This document shows positions 51,591 through 64,000 of a stretch of DNA of 64,000 bases, in pieces. This DNA is from Cenococcum geophilum (lineage: Eukaryota). Made by a program: the position numbers and the translations under genes. Location: positions 744,001 to 808,000 of the forward strand of contig CP158636.1 in NCBI GenBank assembly GCA_050273025.1, written 5' to 3'. Positions within the stretch are counted from its first letter, which is position 1, and each line of letters starts with the position of its first letter. Below the pieces are notes generated by a model, which was not told where the DNA came from, did not search any database, and saw only the letters and a list, made by a program, of their open reading frames with translations.

Positions 51591-52379
51591 AAAAGCGTCC
51601 TTAATTATTTTATTATTAACGTCGCGTATATTAAGTTCCTTAACTAAATAGCTATTAGATATATTTAGAGGTATAAATAAAGGCATTATAGATAGTGGTA
51701 TGCTAATAAATGGTAGATAAAATAATAACGGTAAAGTTTATGGTGCGGTGCTGTAAGGTAAAAGGTTAGTAGAAAAAGAGGTACGGAGGTTAATTAAAAA
51801 TAAATATCCGCGCTGCCGATTTTATTAAATTAGCTCGCTAACAAATAATCGCCGCTATAACTTACCTTAGTAAAAATTAACTACCTTATATACGCTTATT
51901 TATAACGCGCAAATCCTTTATAATTAAGTTACTACTAATTAAAGTAAGTAGGCGCCGTCTAGTTAACTTATAAAGTAATATTAATATAAAATTACTACTT
52001 AGCTAAGGTGCTAGAGAAGGGTTATAAGTAAATATTAGGCTTACTTAGTAAGCGGATTTTTTACTTTTAAAGTGCGCAGATATATCCTTTTATTTTCTTT
52101 TATTATAAGGCGGACCTAATATTAGCTAAAAGGCTTAAGGTATAGTAGCCTAAGGAGAATAGATAATATCTAGTTAAGAGAATTATAAAATATTTAAACT
52201 AAATGGCTAATATAATATAGGTTCTATAGGTTGCAGAAGCTTTAAATATAAACCTTAGTATTCCCTTAAATAAGAATCTAATAGACTATTTAAATACGCA
52301 TATGGAGATTAACACTTAATACCTGGATATTAATTAGAGCTCTGCCCTAGTCTTAGTTAAGCTAATAAATAAGTAAAAC

Positions 52380-52960
52380 GCTAAGGAATATTAAGTACTA
52401 ACCTGCTAAAGCTACGTTATATCTAAAACTAAGGGCGGAGATTAAGTACTAGGCTGCAGATTTTAAGCTACGCTTGGTTTAGAGAGCGGAGATTAAATAT
52501 TAGACTATAAATTCTAAGCCGCACCTAATTTAGAAGGTAGGGATTAAACATTAGCACGCGAATTCTAAACTACGCCTAGTTTAAAGGGCGGAGATTAAGT
52601 ATTAGCCTATAAACCCTAAGCCTTAGAATTTCCTAGAAGCGGAGATCTAGTATTATAACTTAAATCCTAAGCCTTAGGATTTAAGAGGAGCGGAGATCTA
52701 ATACTATATTATAAATTCTAAATTTCCAAATTTCCTACTACTTAGGAACTAGTGCTACGGTACAGATCTTAAACTTTAGAATTTTTCGTAATTAGAGATT
52801 TAGTACTACGTTATAAATATTAAACCTTAGGCTTATCTAAAAGTTAAGACTTAGTGTTATACTATAAGCTCTAATACTTAGACTGCCCTAAGGATTTAGA
52901 TTTAATGCTGCGCTATAGGCTTTAATATCTGGATTACTCTAAGGGCTAAATATCTAGCTA
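52380..52960 (+). repeat. 51-bp (17-codon) degenerate tandem repeat, probably from a decayed gene
   Basis: GCGGAG anchors at 52435, 52486, 52588, 52639 and 52690. About 11 units. Confidence 0.75.
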
Positions 52961-54897
52961 TTAAGATAACTGCGATAGAGTAGTATGCGTAGTTTGGAAC
53001 CAGTTCGCCTATAAGTCTTAGGTTAATATAAGCTAAAATATTTAAGACTTAGTTATATCCGTTTATAAGCTAAATACTAATAATAGCTATAGGGGTGATA
53101 ATACTTCGGTTTATAACGGTTAATTAAGACTAGCACTCTTTATAATTAATACACTAATAGGTCCCCTTTAACCTACTAATAGCAGAGGTGTTTATAATAA
53201 GCTTTTAGATATAGTAATACATCTACTAGATTACGACGCAGCCTATAAAACACTAGTACTAAAGTATTACGTTTCTTCCTTATAAATAAAGCGGATAAGT
53301 ACGTCTACTTTATCTCCTAGGAAGCTGTAATCCCATTTAGGCAATATCCGCTTAAGGCCCTTATAAGTTAATAAAGGTTAGATACAAAGTATATAGATTT
53401 AATCATTAGATATAATATAACTAGAAATTAAACTTTAAACTATATCCTAGTATATTATATCAAGCTATCCTTTAATCTACTTCTTAACACTTATAAATAG
53501 ATCCTTTAAGTACTTACTCTTCGCAATATTCTTAGTATATAGTGTGATAATATTATACTCCTTATAAGCCTATAACGAATTATCGCAATTAAAGCAATAG
53601 CGTAGACCTCTAAATAACGGACTTATCTCCTTATACGGCTTAAGTAGAATATTATATAGACATCTAGTAGCTTTATTCGCGAGCTTATATAATATATCTA
53701 AAAGTACCGCCTGTTTCTCTATATTAGTCTTTACCCTCTTCTATTTTTCTATATACTTAATTAGTAGGGCTAATAATATTATATTCTTATTAAGTATTTA
53801 ATCTTCCTCCTTCCGGGCAGATACCTATAAAATAATATTACTATTAATTATAATAAATAAAGCTAGATCGCTGGCGAAATCCGCTACCCTATCCTCTTAT
53901 ATTGCCATCCTAGTAGTAATAAAGTTATGGCCGAGTCGGGTAGATAGAGGGGCTATAGGTTTTTAAGACTTTCGCTTTAGCGGTGTAATATCTATAAGGG
54001 CGCCCTTATACCAGTCTTTAATAAGGATAATTATATATCTAGTAACACTATTACATTAAGCGGCCCGTCCGAATTACTACAGTATTATATTTAGGCTTTT
54101 ATTGAGATAATAACCGTATATAATAAAACGAATAATATCTAAAATATCTACACTATAGGCTAGGGCGTCCGACGTAATAATAATATAAGTAGGTAAGTCT
54201 TCTGTGTAGAAATTTTAATACTCCCTACTCTTATTATGTTTGGATAATATCGCATAATAACTCTATACTGCTATTTTAGCCTACTTTATAGTATAGCCTT
54301 TAGTTATAGGCTACGAATAGATTGTGTTTATACACCTATAGATATAATTTTTGGCATAAAGAAAGATAATTATCTTAGGAATTAATTTGGGACTTAAAAC
54401 CTTTCGTTCCTTTAGCTATATAGTACCTCCTACTAGATTTTAGATCCGCCCGACTAGTTAATAAATAGAGGTAGCAGATATTTAACTAGAAGATATAAAT
54501 ATCCTACTAAATACTATGGGCGTTTAGCTAGATAATATAGATATTTTACTAAACCCTACGGATATCTGGCTAAGGATTATAGGTATATAATCCTCCTCTA
54601 CTACTACCTCCTTAAATGCCTCTTTAATAACAAAAAATAGTACCTTATAATTATTCTTATCCCTCCTCTTAATATAGCCCCTAATAATAGATAGGTTAGG
54701 CCGATTAATATTTATTTATTTAAGATCCGTTATACTCTAATAAAACCCTACTAGTTTTTTTACCTTCGCATATATCTCCTTATTAAGTATTACAGTATAT
54801 ATAAACCACGATACTACTAGACTAAGCAGTAATTAGACCTTAAAGAGCTATACGTAATAGGGCCGAAAGCTCTTACCCTAGTTAGTAACTAGATAAC

Positions 54898-55090
54898 TGT
54901 GACGGCTTAAACCATCAAATAAATATCTCACTAGAGACTTAAATAAATGCTTATAAGATCAAGCGAACGAATGCTGTATTACGAAGATATTAAGCTAAGG
55001 AGCAAGAGAAGGTGGTGAGGCCACGTCTATATACATATGCCAAGTCTTAAGCGAACCCCTAACTAGGTGACGCGCTCTAGCGCCGTTATA
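54898..55090. mobile_element. 193-bp solo LTR in the helicase DECH motif
   Basis: TGTGACGGC..GCCGTTATA ends, TSD ATAAC. Confidence 0.9.
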
Positions 55091-55458
55091 ATAACACTTA
55101 TTAATTATAGCTAAGAAAATATATAAGCGAAAAGCAGGCTAAGTAAGGATATAGTGAAACCGTTTACTTAATAGTAACTCTAGTAATACTAGAATATACA
55201 TAAACCGACCCGCCTTAATATATTTTAGAATATCCGCATACGCTTTTATTACCTCCGTATATATAAATACGGGATTTGCTTCTAGAATAGCCTATATCTT
55301 TAATAGCTGCTCCTCTCTAATTGCGTTTAAAGGTAATATAATAATAGCAATAGAAGCTTAAATTAGTAATAGAATCGCCTATATTATTATACTCTTACCT
55401 TATAATATCTTCGCCGCTAAAAATAAGTCCCTCTACCTATATATTACCCGTCTTAATA

Positions 55459-55681
55459 TATAAGCTTTTATAGTGTATGGGAATTAAACAAGCAACTTAA
55501 TTATAAATGTAGCTCTAAAGGCTCTATATATATATAAAGAGGGTAGAAATAATAGGGTAATAGATAGCTAAAATGGGAACAGTAATCTATAAGCAATATT
55601 AATCTGCAAGTCAATATATAGGGTGGCTGTCTTGGAGCCCTCCAGGTAACGATCTCGACATAGTGTTAGTAGTCAGTTACA
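55459..55681 (-). mobile_element. RIPed solo LTR related to Copia A
   Basis: Shares TAAATGTAGCTCTAAAG and the terminal GTAGTC(A/G)GTTACA with the Copia A LTR. TSD TAATA. Confidence 0.88.
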
Positions 55682-56033
55682 TAATACCTCAATTTAACTA
55701 AGTTATCCACTGTACGGATATAAAAGCTTAATAGCTCTATCTATTACGCTTAACTATTTGTCCTTACTTGCCTCCTATAAGGCCAGAAGCTTATCTTATA
55801 TATCCTATAACTGCCTCTCTACTAGGGACATAAGATCCTCCTATATACGATTATCTAGCTGCTATAAGCTTTATAAGGCCTACTAGTATTTCCGTTTAAC
55901 TATAGGCTTCCAACCCTAACGTTTAGTAGTTTTCTTTAGAGCTATAGTAGGTTTTTTATATAGATATAACGCCTAGTAGTAGTAGAGGTACTCTAAGCTA
56001 AGGGAGGATATTTTTAAGGAAGGACCTAACTAT

Positions 56034-56319
56034 CCCTTAACCCGCCGGCGTCCTACTAGAAGCTAGTCCGTGCTTAAATACTAGAATGAAAATAACATGT
56101 ATAGCTAATTACTATTAACAATACCTTTTAATTATACTTCTAATAATATAGGCCTTGTCTAACTAACTTAGTATAACGTTTAGCCAAATTAATATGCTAA
56201 AAAGCCACCACCGAAGCCATGGCCGCTGCCCGATTTTACTTCTACAACAATTTGATTTGGTTAATCTAATTAGCTAATCCTTATCAATAACGGTAGGACG
56301 CATTCCGGCGGGTTAAGGG
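56034..56319. mobile_element. 286-bp MITE with CCC..GGG termini and AT TSD
   Basis: TIR CCCTTAACCCGCCGG..GCGTCCTAC. The empty site AACTATAGCACC is seen in the paralogous unit near 57846. Confidence 0.88.
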
Positions 56320-57184
56320 ATAGCGCCTACTAAGTATTACAATAACTTTAAGTAGTAGATATCTATATATCTATATAGTTTTATTAATATTAATAGACTA
56401 TTTAATAAGATATAATATATGCTTAGGCTTTTAATAACGCGTTTTTTAACTTTAACGAAATTAATATTAGGACTAAGCAATAGCCATATTATAAAATTTA
56501 TACTATTTAGAAGCCCTAAGTCTTAAAAATAATATATAGACTTTTAGTAATAATAACGCGTTATATAAATAAATTAATTAAATATCCGTAATCTCCGTTT
56601 TATAAATTTTATTTAGGATTTTAATAAAACTCGCCAAACCCTCTTAGACGTAATTTTGCAATTTGGAAAACAGTGTAGGTTATTTTAATACTAGCTAAAA
56701 AATCGCGTCTAAGCTCGCTAAGGTAACGAGTAAAGTTACCTTAGAAGCTTAGACCAAGAAATCGATTGCGGATATAGAAATATCCGCACCGTCCGCTAAG
56801 CTGATTTAGGACGGTAATCGTTTTCTTGGTCTAAGAGACTTTGGTAAGATTTATAGGAAAACCTAAACACCGTTTATATAAGAAGACCTTATTAACTTTA
56901 ACAAAATTAATCTACCCTCCTATAATACCTGTTAATATAAAAATTATACCAAATTATAGAGAAAAGCTTCCTCTATAAGTTATAAGATCTTTAGCTTCTT
57001 ATACGCGCGCGACGTTAAGAGGAATTCGTTGCCGTAGAGGCCCCAATTCTACCTCTGCATCGCCGAGCCGCTCAGTAAACACCAACGCTGAACGCTTACG
57101 CCCACGCCCACGCCCACACCGCCAGCCCTCTGCGTAGAGCTGTGGAGCTTTGCGAGAGCTCTGTAAAACAAAGCTCAGGGGGAG

Positions 57185-57390
57185 ACCTGCACGGAGCTCT
57201 GCACGGAGCTCTACCAAAGCTCTGCAAAAGCTCTGCACGAAGCTCCGCACGAAGCTCCGCTCGAAGCTCTGCTCGAAGTTCCGCTCGAAGCTCTGCTCGA
57301 AGCTCTGCTCGAAGTTCCGCTCGAAGCTCTGCTCGAAGCTCTGCTCGAAACTCTGCTCGAAGCTCTGCTCGAAGCTCTACTCGAAGCCCT
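57185..57390 (+). repeat. 12-bp minisatellite CGAAGCTCTGCT/CA
   Basis: Directly visible. Confidence 0.95.
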
Positions 57391-58794
57391 GTCGATTCCC
57401 ATTACCAAATACTGACTGAGTGGCGTTGTCGACAGTGGCAATTACAAATCGTAGTCGTCAGTTCTATCGTCAGCATCGTCACTGGCGTTTCGCCACCTAC
57501 CTCATGTATATATAGTATCTTTTCTTCGCCTATATAGAGCTCTAAAGCTCTACTAACACGCAGCACTAATATACCAGCAAGTTTCTATAATCGCCCGTAC
57601 AAACGCCCATACAATCAATCGATTAATTGCCCATACAATCGTCTCTACAAACGTCTCTGCAATTGATCGCCCTTACGAACGTCTGCACGTCTGCACAGCT
57701 ACACGTCTGCACGCCTGCACGAAGCTCTGCACGAAGCTCTGCACGAAGCTCTACTAAGGCTCTGCACGAGGCTCTGCCCAAAACTTACCCTTAAGTAGTA
57801 GTAGAGGCCTCCGGGCCACAGGAGGATATTTTCAAGGAAGGACCCAACTATAGCACCTACTAGGTGTTGCGATGGCTTTAAGTAGTAGATATCTACATAT
57901 CTGTATAATTTTAGCTATATTAGTAGACTATTTAATAAGATATAATATGTGCTTACGCTTTTAATAACGCGTTTTTTAACTTTAATAAAATTAATATTAG
58001 GACTAAGTAATAGCCGTATTATAAAATTTATACCATTTAGAAGCCCTAAGTCTTAAAAATAATATATAAACTTTTGGTAATAATAACGCGTTATATAAAT
58101 AAATAAATTAGATATTTGTAATATCCGTTTAGTGGATTTTACTTACGCTTTTAACAAAACTTGCTAAAGCCTCTTAGACGTAATTTTGCAATTTAGAAGA
58201 CGGCATAGGTTATTCCAATGCTAGCTAAAAAATCGCGTCTAAGCTTGCTGAGGTAACGAGTAAAGTTACCTTAGAAGCTTAGACTAAGAAATCAATTGTG
58301 CGGATATAGGAATATCCGCACCGTCCACTAAGCTGATTTAGGACGGCAATTGTTTTCTTAGTCTAAGGGACTTTGGCGAGATTTATAGAAAACCTAAACA
58401 CCGTTTATATAAGAAGACCTTATTAACTTTAATAAAATTAATCTACCCTCCCACAATACTTATTAACATAAAAATTACACCAAATTATAGAGAAAAGCCT
58501 ACTCTATAAGTTATGAGATCTTTAGCTCCTTATACACGCACAATATTAAGAGGAGTTCGTTGCCGCAGAGGCTCCAATTCCACTGCCCTACTAAGGCGCG
58601 TAGTAAACACGCTTACGCCTACGCCACCAGCCCTCTTCGCAACTAGTGGGTATTCCATCTACTATATACCTATTTAATTTATTTACTTTATAGCCCTTTA
58701 TAGGTTATGGTGTAGGCCCTAATAGAGTTGTAAGCTCCGCGTCTGTGTAGAGCTGTAGAGCTTTGCGAGAGCTCTACAGAACGAAGCTTAGGGG

Positions 58795-59010
58795 GAGACC
58801 TGCACGGAGCTCTGCACGGAGCTCTACTAAAGCTCTGCGGAGGCTCTGCACGAAGCTCTGTACGAAGCTCTGTAAAAGCTCTGCTCGAAGCTCTGCTCGA
58901 AGCTCTGCTCGAAGCTCTGCTTGAAGCTGCCTGAAGCTCTGCTCGAGGCTCTGCTCGAAGCTCTACTCGAGGCTCTGCTCGAAGCTCTACTCGAGGCTCT
59001 GCTCGAAGCC
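58795..59010 (+). repeat. 12-bp minisatellite CGAAGCTCTGCT
   Basis: Directly visible. Confidence 0.95.
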
Positions 59011-60369
59011 CTATATAGAGCTCCAAAGCTCTACTAACACGCAGCACTAATATACTAGGAAGGTTCTATAATCGCTCGTATGAACGCCCGTATGAACGCC
59101 CATACAATCGTCTCTACAAACGTCTCTGCAATTGATCGCCCGTACGAACGTCTGCACGCCTGCACGAAGGTCTGCACGAAGGTCTGCACGAAGGTCTACT
59201 AAGGCTCTGCACGAGGCTCTGCGCGAGGCTCTGCCCAAAGCTTACCCCCTAGTAGTAGCAGAGGCTCTCCGGGCTAAGGGAGGATGTTTTTAAGAAAGGG
59301 CCTAACTATAACACCTACTAGGTGTTATAATAGCTTTAAGTAGTAGATATCTACATATCTATATAGTTTTATTAATATTAGTAGACTATTTAATAAGATA
59401 AATACATTCTTAGGTTTTTAATAACGCGTTTTTTAACTTTAACGAAATTGATGTTAGGACTAAGCAATAGTTGTATTATAAAATTTATACCATTTAGAAG
59501 CCCTAAGTCTTAAAAATAATGTATAAACTTTTGGTAATAATAACGCGTTATATAAATAAATAAATTAGAAATCCGCAATCTCTATTTTATAGATTTTGTT
59601 TAGGATTTTAACAAAACTCGCCAAACGCCCTCAGACGTGATTTTGCAATTCGGAAGACGGCGTAGGTTATTCCGACGCTAGCTAAAAAATCACGTCTGAG
59701 CTCGCTGAGGTAACGAGTAAAGGGCTGTAGCTTTAGCTGACTCACCTTGTAGATATGCCTCATGCCTTTATCTCGGTCCCAGACGATCAACCAATCATAA
59801 GCTGCTTACATAACAGATTAATCATCTTATGTTGTTGTCGTCTGGTACACGGTTCGGAAATTTGTTAGTCCCTCGCGCCAATTTATATGTAATTCTTATA
59901 CAAACTCGCGCGCCATACTAAATTATTTAGCTATTAATTAATAACGAACCAACGCCTTTATAAATAATCGGCCAACGTTATATTCTAGAACTTTATAGTA
60001 CAATTTTAATGCTACCAAAATTATTGCGAACGGCCTGGTGGTTACTACTACATTTTGCCTTAAATAAGCGAATCTCCCCTTTAAAGCTCTGCTTAAAACT
60101 CTACTACTATTAATTAATAATAAACTAACGCCTTTATAGATAATCGGCCAACGTTATATTCTAGAGCTTTTTAAGGCGATTTTAACGCTGCCAAAATTAT
60201 TATAAACGGCGTTATAGTTACTGCTACATTTTGCCTTAAATATTACTACTAAAATAGTAAATATTTAGCTAGAGCTATTAACCATTACCAATCCTTAATA
60301 AATACCTAAATAGCTAATGTATTGTATCTAGACTAACTCTGGGCCTTATTACCTGCTTTATTGCTCTTC

Positions 60370-60925
60370 CGCTGCCTGCATAAACGCCTGCACGAAAGCC
60401 TGCACGAAAGCCTGCACGAAGCCTGCACGAAGCCTGCACGACGTCTGCACGAACGCCTGCACGAATACAAACTCTATATAAAGCTCTGCACAAGGCTCTG
60501 CACGAGGCTCTGCTTAAAGCTCCGGTCGAAGCTCTGGTCGAAGCTCTGGTCGAAGCTCTGGTCGAAGCTCTGGTCGAAGCTCTGGTCGAAGCTCTGGTCG
60601 AAGCTCTGGTCGAAGCTCTGGTCGAAGCTCTGGTCGAAGCTCTGGTCGAAGCTCTGGTTGAAGCTCTACACGAAGCTCTGCACGAAGCTCTGCTCGAAGC
60701 TCTGCTCGAAGCTCTGCACGAAGCTCTGCTCGAAGCTCTGCTCGAAGCTCTGCTCGAAGCTCTGCACGAGGCTCTACTCGAAGCTCTGCACGAGGCCCTG
60801 CTCGAAGCTCTGCTCGAAGCTCTGCTCGAGGCTCCGCTCGAAGCTCCTTGAGGCTCCGCTCGAAGCTCTGCTCGAGGGTCTGCTCGAAGCTCTGCTCAAA
60901 GCTCTGCTCGAAGCTCTGCCCGAAA
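60370..60925 (+). repeat. 12-bp minisatellite with a homogeneous CGAAGCTCTGGT sub-array
   Basis: Directly visible. About 11 identical GGT-variant units at ~60527-60658. Confidence 0.95.
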
Positions 60926-61229
60926 CCCTATATAGAGCCCTAAAGCTCTACTAACACGCAGCACTAATGTATTAGGAAGGTTCTATAATTGGCCATATAA
61001 CTACCTATACAATTAATTGTTATATAATTATTTTTATAGATAGCTTTATAAATAGCTCTATAAATGTTATATAATTACCTATATAAACGCCTATTATAAG
61101 GTAATAAGCTTTATATTACTTAGTTATTAAATAGCTTAAAAAGGTAATAAGTATTTAATTTAATACTAGATATACTATATAGAATATCTTATCTTATAGC
61201 TATTAATATATTAATTAACTCTATAAAAA

Positions 61230-64000
61230 GATAAGATATTTAATTATACTATTGCGGCTCCCGTTAGGGTCTATATAGTAGGTCTATATAGGTCTATATA
61301 ATATATAAAAGGGAAACTATATAGCTAGAGCTAAATAATACCTCTTCTTCTACTATTATATAGTCTATATAACCTCTTTTCTAATTAGTAACTATTAAGT
61401 ATAAGTAGGTGTCTTCTTAAGGCGCTATAGAAAAGTTATCTTAATATATACTCCTAAGTCTATCTAGTAGGTATATAGTTAGGGCCTAGGTTCTATTTCT
61501 AATTACTTTAGTTATTTAAATAGAATATAAACTAGTAGTTTATAAGGATAATAGTATAGAAGGCTAGTAGTAAGTTTAGTAATAAGGAGGTAGATATAAA
61601 ATAGGGGTTATAGGGATTTAATATATATTATATATACTACCGTCTATATTATTATCTATAGCTCTATAGCCTATAAGCCTAATAGGGCTATTACTTTTTT
61701 TATTACTTTTTTACTTTCTAAAAAAGGAATATTAGTATAATAGTATTATAGCGCGTTACCTACTATACTCTACTATGCCTATAATATTCTACTATATTCT
61801 ATAATACCTATAGTATTTATCCTCCTTTTTTTAAAGTACTTTTTAGCTTTTTCTTTTAACTTAAGCTAGCTCTCTAGCTAGTAAGAGGTATAGTAGGAGG
61901 TTTATCTATATAAGCTAATCTATAACTACCTTAGTAGCCTTTAGGTTAGCTAGGAGCTCTCTATATAAGAATATTTTAGTATAGTAATATATTTCCGCTT
62001 AGCCGGTAGTATATTTAGGGTAGAATACTACTATATATATTATTAGTTATTAGTTATAGCTAGAGTAAGTAGGCTAGAGTAGGTACCCTAATACTTTTTA
62101 ACAGCAGAGATATCTATTAGGCTTTATATATTTAGTTCTAAGTAGCATATTAATTATACTCTTTACTTTAATAAGCCTTATATAGCATTTAAACCCTATT
62201 TTACTTTATAGCTTAGCCTAGGCTATTATATAGTAAGTAAGTATACTTTAGTATTTTTTCTACTCCTTTTCTTATTACTTTTTAAATATTTCTTATACTC
62301 TAGCCCTTCTACTCCTTCTATAATATATTATAGATAGGTCTATTAGCTATATATATATATATCCCTAGAATAGTAATTACTATCCTTTTAAGCTTATCCT
62401 ATTTAGTAGGCTATATTAATAGATTTATTTTAGGCTGAAGCTAGTAGGCTATTATAGACTATATAGTATTATATTCCCTCTTAATATATTTTCTTGCTAG
62501 CCCCTTTTATATTCTCTTTATATAGACTATAGCTAGCTCCTTTAAGTATATCTAGAGCGGCGGAAACTCTATCTTATACTTAAGCACTACTATTAGTATT
62601 AATTTATATACTTTATAATAGTGCAAAGGCATATGTTCTATACTATACCTATCTAGTATAGCTTAGTTTTACTTATCTCCTTAGGCTTTATCTACTCTAG
62701 CAGTAAGTATTAGGTACTATATCTATATAAAATTACTAACTAAACTATAGTAGAGTATATTATCTACACCTTTTAAAGGGAGGCGCCCTATATAGAGGCT
62801 ATAAACTAGGTTAGTATGGCTATTTAGGTAACCATTTTTACCTTAATAATATTAATATACGGCCCCTATTTAAGCTTTAAGTTAATCTATACCTTTAGTA
62901 TAAATTGGTTACTAACTAGGCCCTCTATAAAGCTATATATATTAACTATAGCTTTATATTAAACTTCTTATAGCTCCTTATAAAGTGGATAAAGTAATAC
63001 TTTTTAGGGGTAAATACTACCCTATATTGGCGTGCCTATATAATATATGCTTTATACTCCCTTTTTAGGGCTTTATGGTTCTCCTTTGTAGTTTTACTAT
63101 ATATTAGTGTATTAGAGTTATTAATAAACCTAAATACTGTAGTACTAAGCCTTAGGATATACTAATATTTATCTATATTATTTACGCTATATAGCCCCTA
63201 ATTAAGAGCCTTGTTATTTAATCCTTAAGGAAGGACTTTATAAACTATACTATCTAATAGGGTATGGCCTAGGCCTTTGTATTATAGATTATTCTTTTAT
63301 AAGAAACTTAGTTAAAGGCCTTAGAAATATTAAGGCTAAATAGTTAGGCTACTAGGTTTAGGCTACTCCTTTATACTATATATACCTATTAGGTTAATAG
63401 CTCTAGCGCTATCTATATTAAGCGCCCTAGCCTTATTTCTATTTAGCTAGCTAGTAGTATATCTTTCTTTTTTATAATTCTAGATAGCTAACTAGCTACT
63501 ATTTCTTTTTTAAGTAGTTTCCTAATAGTATTAAGCAGCATAATTAGCTAGTAGGCTTTTACTATAGTATAAAACAGCTTTTATGGTTTTTAAAGAACTA
63601 CTATAATAGAGTTTTTAAATAGCTTTAGGTAATATATAGCTGCTAAAGAGCTTAGCTAGCACTAGGGCTAGCTACCCTTTACATATTTTAAAGAATTAAT
63701 TAGTAATCATTTTTAGGCCTAGGGCCTTATTAGGGGTAAGCCCCTTTAAAACTATAATAATATCCTCCTCTTCTACTTCTTTCTTTATAGTTTATAGCTT
63801 TAGGTATATAAAATCTAGTATAATACTAAGGTCCGCCTCTATAAGTAGCAGGAAGAAATACTCTATAAGGATAGTAGTCTTCTCCTTATTATTATAGTAT
63901 AGGGTTTTTTCTCCTAGTCTACTAATAAGTAAAAACTATAGTAAAGCCTTTAGCTTCCCGTCCGCTATATATACCTATTTTACTATTCTTTATACCCCCT
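61230..64000 (-). mobile_element. LINE (Tad1-like) ORF2 remnant: RT and probable RNase H; runs off the window
   Basis: PNKALG (KAPG), KAY*LIMLLNTIRKLL (KAYRPIALLNTIGKLL), RFINNSN (GFVDD) and FTPKKYYFIHF. Extreme RIP. Confidence 0.85.

Larger units (their letters stand above)
48839..51880 (-). repeat. Diverged tandem duplication (~1.94-kb period) of a two-gene cassette
   Basis: 48839-49882 aligns with 50782-51880. Each holds a decayed intron-bearing ORF of unknown function. Confidence 0.8.
53050..55945 (-). pseudogene. RecQ-family (SF2 DExH) helicase, RIPed and interrupted by two solo LTRs
   Basis: De-RIPed QIEVL..DLFLAAKTxxGKS, ILPLNAI, HILVSPE, IIDECHLVTNWGKSFRP, IDRPNL, TSDALAYGVDIPDI, QxFGRAAR and CCSNCD. 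Confidence 0.85.
55974..61000. repeat. Three tandem ~1.5-kb units upstream of the helicase
   Basis: The anchor TTTAAGTAGTAGATATCT occurs at 56347, 57877 and 59335. The third unit diverges in its middle. Confidence 0.88.

Noticed and set aside
56999..60954. SKLC, SSAR and SKLW repeat ORFs
   Set aside because: They are open in several frames and strands only because of the 12-bp minisatellite.
55974..61000. Helitron termini or telomere repeats
   Set aside because: There is no convincing TC..hairpin-CTAG pair, no Rep/PIF1 remnant and no TTAGGG array.

Overview
This is an AT-rich transposon graveyard from a filamentous ascomycete, heavily mutated by RIP (CpA>TpA, TpG>TpA). No intact host gene, RNA gene or CRISPR array is seen. 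Left (445-12985): a head-to-tail dimer of a ~3.5-kb Crypton tyrosine-recombinase transposon, whose second copy is interrupted by a very young, nearly intact Ty1/Copia element (4770-10312). Middle (14312-45228): a nest resolvable by target-site duplications (TSDs). Gypsy A1 contains the same-family Gypsy A2 (which contains Copia B), a TIR element with a 9-bp TSD and a 14-bp microsatellite, and Gypsy D. Both Gypsy families appear to self-prime and carry an antisense, intron-bearing Zn-cluster-like accessory gene after pol. Right (48.8-61 kb): a RIP-decayed cluster with a RecQ-type helicase, a 17-aa-repeat gene, a tandem cassette holding another Zn2Cys6-like/coiled-coil gene, and tandem ~1.5-kb units with a 12-bp minisatellite, followed by a LINE remnant. 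Coordinates were read by eye. Element ends with TSDs should be close to exact; pseudogene ends are approximate. Motifs marked de-RIPed are my reconstructions.
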